Source: Candidatus Heimdallarchaeota archaeon
Lineage (GTDB): Archaea > Asgardarchaeota > Heimdallarchaeia > Heimdallarchaeales > Heimdallarchaeaceae
Direction of reading: 5' to 3'
NCBI GenBank assembly: GCA_030668825.1
Contig: DAOVET010000093.1
Coordinates: 1-10,337 of the forward strand
Length of the DNA: 10,337 bases
The notes below the pieces were generated by a model that searched no databases, was not told the DNA's origin, and was given only the letters and a program-made list of their open reading frames with translations. Below are positions 1-5,269 of the stretch, in pieces (position 1 is the first letter of the stretch; each line of letters opens with the position of its first letter). Position numbers and translations under genes: made by a program.

Positions 1-708
1 TGATGTTGGTGCAACGGGAGTTGGTTCAAATTCAGCATCTTCAGCTTCATCTGTTCTTGATTTTCTTTTTGCTAAAGCATCTTTGACTTCTAGGTTAATT
101 GCCATGCTAGCAGGCATCGAACCTTCCACTCCCCCTGCAGCTGCTTCTCTTTCTTTCCTGTGCTCATCAGGATTAACCTTTGTTAATCCAGATCTAACAT
201 CTTGGATGTCAGTAGCACTAACTCCAAATGGACTAAAGACTGGTGCTGCTCCAGGCGCACCAGGATCTCCTGGTACAGGTTCTGGTGCTTTTTGTAAATT
301 GGATGCTGCTTTCATAAGATCGGAACTACTGATTCCACCTCCTGTGGATCCTTGAGTGCCAGATGGTGCAGGAATACCTCCCCCGTCTCCTACTGGAGCA
401 GATAAATTGGGTGCTCCAACTGTACCTGCGTTGCTTGCAGTTAAATTAGGCGCTGATGTCGATACAGGGGTAGCAACAGGTGATTGAAATGAAGGTGCAG
501 CTTGAGGTGAAACGCCCAATGCATGTTCAATAGCATTGATTCTATTAGTAAGAGTGTCAATATAGTCTTCCATTCGTTCTGTACTTCTAATCATGATCAC
601 CCCAAAATTTTCTATTAATTTGGTAATTTTCATGATTGCTTTCTTAGACGGTTCTGCTGTATCTGATAACAGGCCGTCTAGATAGTCGTCGATTGACACA
701 TGTATCAT
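1..708 (-). CDS. Hypothetical protein, 3' end outside the window (>=236 aa): N-terminal coiled coil, Pro/Gly/Ser/Ala-rich disordered linker, two WH2-like repeats, basic-ended helix and acidic patch; candidate actin-regulator-like protein
   Basis: Manual translation from ATG at 708-706 (alternative GTG at 699-697) is open to base 1: MIHVSIDDYLDGLLSDTAEPSKKAIMKITKLIENFGVIMIRSTERMEDYIDTLTNRINAIEHALGVSPQAAPSFQSPVATPVSTSAPNLTASNAGTVGAPNLSAPVGDGGGIPAPSGTQGSTGGGISSSDLMKAASNLQKAPEPVPGDPGAPGAAPVFSPFGVSATDIQDVRSGLTKVNPDEHRKEREAAAGGVEGSMPASMAINLEVKDALAKRKSRTDEAEDAEFEPTPVAPTS. Co-oriented with its neighbours, with an AT-rich TATA-like element upstream. Confidence refers to it being a CDS; the function is a hypothesis. 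Confidence 0.88.
   Translation of the reverse strand, partial: MIHVSIDDYLDGLLSDTAEPSKKAIMKITKLIENFGVIMIRSTERMEDYIDTLTNRINAIEHALGVSPQAAPSFQSPVATPVSTSAPNLTASNAGTVGAPNLSAPVGDGGGIPAPSGTQGSTGGGISSSDLMKAASNLQKAPEPVPGDPGAPGAAPVFSPFGVSATDIQDVRSGLTKVNPDEHRKEREAAAGGVEGSMPASMAINLEVKDALAKRKSRTDEAEDAEFEPTPVAPTS
175..336 (-). repeat. Two-copy internal protein repeat (WH2-like): GISSSDLMKAASNLQKA (336-286) and GVSATDIQDVRSGLTKV (225-175)
   Basis: The two 17-aa segments align without gaps to G-[IV]-S-x-[ST]-D-[LI]-x-x-[AV]-x-S-x-L-x-K-[AV] and are separated by a 20-aa Pro/Gly-rich spacer. Confidence 0.7.
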
Positions 709-726
709 GTGAACACAAAAAATATA

Positions 727-735
727 ATATAAAAA
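727..735 (-). promoter_or_regulatory. Putative archaeal TATA box for the left-edge ORF
   Basis: Minus strand reads TTTTTATAT, about 20 nt upstream of ATG708 and about 29 nt upstream of GTG699. AT-rich context, so the site is not unique. Confidence 0.4.
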
Positions 736-805
736 GTCTATGTTACTCCTCATATTATGTGTAGCTAGAGAGAGTAAGAGAAAATTGTTAAAAGACAATG
801 AATCT

Positions 806-1828
806 CTACTTAAAGACTTCTGGGATTACAGAAACAACTTGCTCAATATCCTCTGTAGTTATTCCAAAGTAGGTTACCATTCGGAAGAACTGATCCCCCA
901 TATAAGTTACTTTAATGCCATGTTTTTCCAAACCATCTCGAGCATCAGCGGCAGACCATTGACTAGCAGAAGTATCAACAACAGCAATATTTGTGTCAAC
1001 TGGCTTAACTTTGAATTCCTCAATTTCTGTAAGAACCTTTTCAAGCATCTTTGCATGTTTATGATCCTCAACTAATCTGTCTATCATGTTGTTTAAAGCG
1101 TAGATTCCAGGAGCAGCTATAATACCCGCTTGTCGCATTCCACCGCCAACAAGTTTTCTCTGTCTTTTGGCTTTATTAATAAATTCTTCACTTCCAGCTA
1201 TTACAGACCCTACAGGACATCCAAGTCCTTTACTTAAACATATTTGGACACTATCAGCGTTCTCAACAATCTTAGAAGCTGTCATTCCTGTAGCAACAGC
1301 TGCATTGAATACCCTTGCTCCATCCATATGTACTAAACCATTATTTTCATGAGCAATTTTGGCTAGTTGGTCAATATTTTCTTTAGGAATAATTTTACCT
1401 CCTCCTCTGTTATGAGTATTTTCTAAACAGAGAAGTTTCGGATCTACCCAATGGACATTATAACCTCGTGTAAAAATTGCTTCAACATCCTTAGGATCCA
1501 TTAAACCATTATTTCCTTCAATTAGAAAAGGAAACGCTCCAATTAGTTGTGAAAGTCCTCCTACTTCGTATAAGTAAATGTGACTCTCTTTTTCAAGAAC
1601 AACACCATCACCCCGATTAATATGAGTCATATTTGCTACAAGATTTCCTTGAGTACCACTAGAGACAAGTAGACCTGCTTCCTTTCCAAGTTTCTTAGCT
1701 GTTAAAACTTCAAGTTCTTTTACTGTTGGATCTTCCTCCCACACATCATCTCCAAGTTCAGCTGTTAGAATAGTTTCCAACATTTCTTTTGAAGGTAGAG
1801 TAAAAGTGTCTGAACGTAGATCTATCAT
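806..1828 (-). CDS. ltaE: Low-specificity L-threonine aldolase (PLP-dependent, beta-eliminating lyase family), 340 aa
   Basis: Family motifs MIDLRSDT, GDDVWEEDPTV, SGTQGN, HIYLYEVGG, LENTHN, HMDGARVFNA, CLSKGLG (PLP lysine) and GGGMRQAG. Start placed at ATG 1828 rather than TTG 1840 because family members begin M-I-D-L-R-S-D-T and a TATA box lies ~23 nt upstream. Confidence 0.95.
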   Translation of the reverse strand: MIDLRSDTFTLPSKEMLETILTAELGDDVWEEDPTVKELEVLTAKKLGKEAGLLVSSGTQGNLVANMTHINRGDGVVLEKESHIYLYEVGGLSQLIGAFPFLIEGNNGLMDPKDVEAIFTRGYNVHWVDPKLLCLENTHNRGGGKIIPKENIDQLAKIAHENNGLVHMDGARVFNAAVATGMTASKIVENADSVQICLSKGLGCPVGSVIAGSEEFINKAKRQRKLVGGGMRQAGIIAAPGIYALNNMIDRLVEDHKHAKMLEKVLTEIEEFKVKPVDTNIAVVDTSASQWSAADARDGLEKHGIKVTYMGDQFFRMVTYFGITTEDIEQVVSVIPEVFK

Positions 1829-1850
1829 TAAAGGAAACAATCTCAGTTAA

Positions 1851-1863
1851 ATTTTAAACTTGT
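1851..1863 (-). promoter_or_regulatory. Putative BRE/TATA promoter for ltaE (probably a leaderless transcript)
   Basis: Minus strand reads ACAAG-TTTAAAAT, ending ~23 nt before ATG1828. Confidence 0.5.
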
Positions 1864-1893
1864 CGATTTAAAGAGACAACTGGTGTGGGCTTT

Positions 1894-3438
1894 TCAGTGA
1901 AATTTAACGGGTTCTGGGAGTTTATCAATGTATTTAAGGAATTTATTTGGCCAGTTATCTTTATCCAAACCTTTCTGAGAAATGAAAGCTGTAAGAAATC
2001 TCTCGAAACTACCACCACCGCATCCTGACCATAATTCAATATTTCCTTCAGCTTTGACAGAGAAGCCTTTTGGATATTTCTGACCTATTATAGAAATATT
2101 CTGAATTTCTAACCATTCACTTTCTTCTCGACTTCCTCTATATGGCATATAAGCTTCATAGTCAATGGTTCCAACAACTAAATCTTCAGCTGAATCCATC
2201 TCATCCTCATGAGCAGATTGTTGTAACCACCATGGAGTAACCTTGGCTTCTCTAACCTCTAAATCAAGAACTTCTTCAAAGATAACTCTAAGTTTGTCTT
2301 TTACAGCCATACCTATTTGTTTAACTTGCTCAGGAGAACCTATGAATAATGTTTCAATACGGTGCAATTCATCAACTCGTTCAAATCCGTAAGCACTACC
2401 TGACTCATAGCGATAAGTGGGGCCACTCCAGTCATAAACCTTGATTGGAAGACTTTCTTTAGCAAGAGTTTTACCCTGAATCCAAGCCCAGAAGGGAGGA
2501 CATTGAGCATAAGACAATCCCCCAATAGGAGCTGATACTTTCTCAGCAAGTTTCTCTAATGGGATAGTTTTTGTGATGGTAATATAATCCGCAATTTCTT
2601 CAAAGTATTCGGGGTCAGCAGATTTAGGTTGAACTACAAAATAGGGTTCAAAACCCCCTTGATAAATACCTTCAGCATGTTCAGATCTCAACCAAATTGA
2701 CCAATCCACCAATTTTGGTATCATCATTTGATTGAACCCTAAAGGCTCATAGACATAATCTATCATAATATGTTTTAATGCTTCAGCTAAAGCAGTTATG
2801 GTGGGAGAAAGTATCCATTGGTTTCTGTAATTTGTTCGTTGAATCCAATTAGCTTTTTGCATCATTTGAGTAGGATTTTCTTCAGTATGATGTTTCTTTT
2901 CCCCACTATACCAGGAAATTTGATGATGTTCCCTTTTAGCACCATAATGCTGTTTAGAAATTTTTTCACCTACTCGACGTACAATACGTTCAATAGCTCC
3001 TTTTTCTACAAAATCTTCTTCAATTTCTGGATCAATTTCGATTTTAACATAACTCTTTCCTTTTTCTTCAAAAAATTCTAGGTTTTTTACTAATGGTAAA
3101 GTGAACTCTTTAACAGGCTTTTCTTCCAATTCTGTTTCAATGATGTATTTGATAAAAGCAAAACCTCTTAGTCCTACACGATATTTTTTACCTATTGCAG
3201 CAGAGAGCTTTTTCCTTAATCTGAGTACTGCCACATGTGGAGATAGTGAATCAACCGATGAAATTGTTATATCAAGTTTAGTTCCCTTGGTTTTCCATTC
3301 GGTGATCTTGAATTCCCCTTTATCTCTTGATTCTTGAGTTTTTTCAGTAAATTGTTTGAAAAGTTCTTCAATTTCACCCTTACTTTCAGGAGGTAAGGGT
3401 CCACTTAATGTAAATTGTACTTCGAGATAGTGTTTCAT
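1894..3438 (-). CDS. serS: Serine--tRNA ligase, type 2 (methanogen-type, zinc-dependent SerRS), 514 aa
   Basis: Full-length resemblance to Methanosarcina-type SerRS as I recall it: N-terminal tRNA-binding domain (RLRKKLSAAIGKKYRVGLRG), YGAKREH, PKLVDWSIW..SEHA, YAQCPPFW (Zn Cys), motif 2 YRYESG..GFERVDELHRIE (Zn Glu), VTPW..Q serine-ordering loop, WLEIQNIS..GQKYPKGF, LWSGC (Zn Cys), ER and QKGLD..NWP. Confidence 0.95.
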   Translation of the reverse strand: MKHYLEVQFTLSGPLPPESKGEIEELFKQFTEKTQESRDKGEFKITEWKTKGTKLDITISSVDSLSPHVAVLRLRKKLSAAIGKKYRVGLRGFAFIKYIIETELEEKPVKEFTLPLVKNLEFFEEKGKSYVKIEIDPEIEEDFVEKGAIERIVRRVGEKISKQHYGAKREHHQISWYSGEKKHHTEENPTQMMQKANWIQRTNYRNQWILSPTITALAEALKHIMIDYVYEPLGFNQMMIPKLVDWSIWLRSEHAEGIYQGGFEPYFVVQPKSADPEYFEEIADYITITKTIPLEKLAEKVSAPIGGLSYAQCPPFWAWIQGKTLAKESLPIKVYDWSGPTYRYESGSAYGFERVDELHRIETLFIGSPEQVKQIGMAVKDKLRVIFEEVLDLEVREAKVTPWWLQQSAHEDEMDSAEDLVVGTIDYEAYMPYRGSREESEWLEIQNISIIGQKYPKGFSVKAEGNIELWSGCGGGSFERFLTAFISQKGLDKDNWPNKFLKYIDKLPEPVKFH

Positions 3439-3466
3439 AGTGATTACAAAAGAAAATCTATCTAAG

Positions 3467-3482
3467 TAATTTTAACTTTTCC
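3467..3482 (-). promoter_or_regulatory. Putative BRE/TATA promoter for serS
   Basis: Minus strand reads GGAAAAG-TTAAAATTA about 30 nt upstream of ATG3438. It closely matches the GAAAAG-TTTAAATA element upstream of the VTT gene. Confidence 0.55.
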
Positions 3483-3498
3483 TAATGCGATTATTTTT

Positions 3499-3514
3499 AA
3501 AAAAAGGAAGAAGA
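3499..3514 (-). terminator. Putative archaeal oligo-U terminator of the ABC operon
   Basis: Minus strand reads TCTTCTTCCTTTTTTT immediately after the ATPase stop codon at 3518. Confidence 0.5.
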
Positions 3515-3517
3515 TGA

Positions 3518-5260
3518 TTATTTTTTATTCGTATAATCTTCTTGTATTTGCAGATATTCTTTAAGAATCCCTTTCAAAGAGTCTTGAGTAATTCTTGAAT
3601 CTTCTGTAATAAGACCATCAGAAATACGAAGATGTCTGAAACCAGGTCTTAATAGAGATAAATCATGAGAACACATGATGAAGGTAGCATTATTCTCTTT
3701 TACGAAACTCATTAAAACATCCATAATTTCTCTTGCTAAATCAGAGTCCATATTCGCTGTTGGCTCGTCTGCAAGCAGAATTGGCGTTTTTCGAGTAAGG
3801 GCTAAGGATAAAGTTGCTCTCTGTTTTTCACCAGCTGATAATTCATCAGGATATGATTCTAATTTATGACTGATATGAACATTTTTAGTCACTTCATTTC
3901 CAATATCTGGGTTGTATTCCTTGCCAAGAAATATGTAAGGAACTAATAGATTGTCTTTCAGTTGTATTGGTTCAAACAGACTATGATATTGAGTGATATA
4001 GGCGATGTTCTCCAATCTGAAATCTGATCTGGATGTATCATCTGCTTTTCCCATTGAATAGTCGTCAATGCGCACAGATCCCTTATCAGGAATCAAAAGC
4101 CCTGCAATAGTATTAAGTAAGGTGGTTTTTCCTACTCCAGAAGGACCAGAGATAAAAAGAAAGTCTCCTTTCTTAATAGTAAGATCTATGCCTTTGATGA
4201 CCGGATGAAGTTGACCAAAAACCCAATAACCCTTTTCTAATCCTTTTATGCGAATATAGTCCTTAGCTTTTGGATTGTATTTGAATTCATTCTCGAAAAG
4301 ATATCGAACATCGTCAAATGAAAGTTCATCCACTGTTTCTTTATATTCATCTGGAGGTTGTTGAAGGATATTGAAAACTTCTTCTTTAGTAACCAAATCA
4401 GGATTCCAAAGCATTGCTAGTTTCTTTGAAGGATGAACTTCAAATTCAGCGAATTCTCGAAGAGCGATTGAATTCTTAACTCTATCCGGAATTTGAAGCA
4501 TATGAGAAGGATCAATGTAAGCACGGTTCAATTCAGAAGAATCCTTAAAAATATCTAACTTTTGTCTTTCTTTTTCATACCCCACGCCAACAAGCCTTCC
4601 ATCACGAATGAGGAAGCTCTTTTCGAAAACATTTCGATATCGAACATCATGAGTGACAATAACCATGGTAGTTCCAAGTTCTTTGTTAACTCCCTTCAAA
4701 GTGTCAATAATGCTGAAAGTGTTCTTCGAATCTAATTGACCTGTAGGTTCATCTGCTAGAATAAAGTGTGGTTGTCTTGCCAAAGCTATAGCAATGGATA
4801 ATCTCATCGATTCTCCCCCACTTATTTTTGCTGCTTTATTGTTTTTCACATGCGTCAGATTGAATAATTTGAGTAATTCTTCCATTTCTTTTCTGGCCAT
4901 TTCTCTTGGAGTATATTTCATTTTCATAGGCATTAGAACATTATCTCTAACTGTTAGTTGTGAGTAGAGATTCTTGCTTGTAAATTGATTTACAAGACCT
5001 ATGTTTTCATATCTGAATTTTCTTCTTTCTTTTTCAGTTAGTAAATCAAGTTGTACCCCTCTTATCATCACCAACCCACCAGTTGGAGTATCAACCCCTG
5101 ACAGAATGTTCATTAAAGTGGTCTTACCTGCTCCTGAAGGACCGATGATCGAGACAAGTTCCCCATCCCCTATATCTAAATCTAGTCCTCTTAAAGCAGA
5201 TACTTTGTATTCTGTTACAGGATCGTGGTAAATTTTTATAACATCTACACATCTTATCAT
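3518..5260 (-). CDS. ABC transporter ATP-binding protein with two tandem LolD/MacB-family NBDs and a central AbrB/SpoVT-like segment, 580 aa
   Basis: NBD1: Walker A GPSGAGKT, signature ISGGESMR, Walker B/D-loop ILADEPTGQLD, H-loop VTHD. NBD2: GPSGVGKT, LSAGEKQR, LLADEPTANMD, CSHD. The DEPT..LD form is typical of the LolD/MacB/FtsE family. Linker contains AYIDPSHMLQIPDRVKNSIALREFAEFEV. Confidence 0.93.
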   Translation of the reverse strand: MIRCVDVIKIYHDPVTEYKVSALRGLDLDIGDGELVSIIGPSGAGKTTLMNILSGVDTPTGGLVMIRGVQLDLLTEKERRKFRYENIGLVNQFTSKNLYSQLTVRDNVLMPMKMKYTPREMARKEMEELLKLFNLTHVKNNKAAKISGGESMRLSIAIALARQPHFILADEPTGQLDSKNTFSIIDTLKGVNKELGTTMVIVTHDVRYRNVFEKSFLIRDGRLVGVGYEKERQKLDIFKDSSELNRAYIDPSHMLQIPDRVKNSIALREFAEFEVHPSKKLAMLWNPDLVTKEEVFNILQQPPDEYKETVDELSFDDVRYLFENEFKYNPKAKDYIRIKGLEKGYWVFGQLHPVIKGIDLTIKKGDFLFISGPSGVGKTTLLNTIAGLLIPDKGSVRIDDYSMGKADDTSRSDFRLENIAYITQYHSLFEPIQLKDNLLVPYIFLGKEYNPDIGNEVTKNVHISHKLESYPDELSAGEKQRATLSLALTRKTPILLADEPTANMDSDLAREIMDVLMSFVKENNATFIMCSHDLSLLRPGFRHLRISDGLITEDSRITQDSLKGILKEYLQIQEDYTNKK

Positions 5261-5269
5261 TTTTTTTCA

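Noticed and set aside
83-355. Plus-strand 90-aa ORF (TTG start) with Pro/Gly content
   Set aside because: Antisense shadow of the longer minus-strand ORF 708 to <1, which has a plausible start, promoter and protein-like organisation.
241-510. Collagen-like or polyproline (profilin-binding) tract in the Pro/Gly-rich linker
   Set aside because: The Gly-X-Pro periodicity (PGDPGAPGA) lasts only about three triplets, and there are no consecutive prolines in the coding frame.
697-711. Inverted repeat CACATG-TAT-CATGTG over the start codons of the left-edge ORF
   Set aside because: Only 6-bp arms, which is expected by chance in 10 kb. The position is suggestive but there is no second copy to support it.
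740-1352. Plus-strand ORFs 740-1075 and 1167-1352
   Set aside because: Antisense to the well-supported ltaE, with no recognisable motifs.
1829-1840. TTG start at 1840 adding MFPL to threonine aldolase
   Set aside because: The family N-terminus begins at MIDLRSDT and the TATA spacing fits ATG1828.
1854-3337. Short ORFs 1854-2039, 2340-2549, 2818-3081 and 3101-3337
   Set aside because: Out-of-frame or antisense overlaps with serS, with no independent evidence of coding.
1894-3438. Amino acid:[carrier protein] ligase (SerRS-like paralog) instead of a true SerRS
   Set aside because: Those paralogs lack the N-terminal tRNA-binding domain, which is present here, and no carrier protein gene is adjacent.
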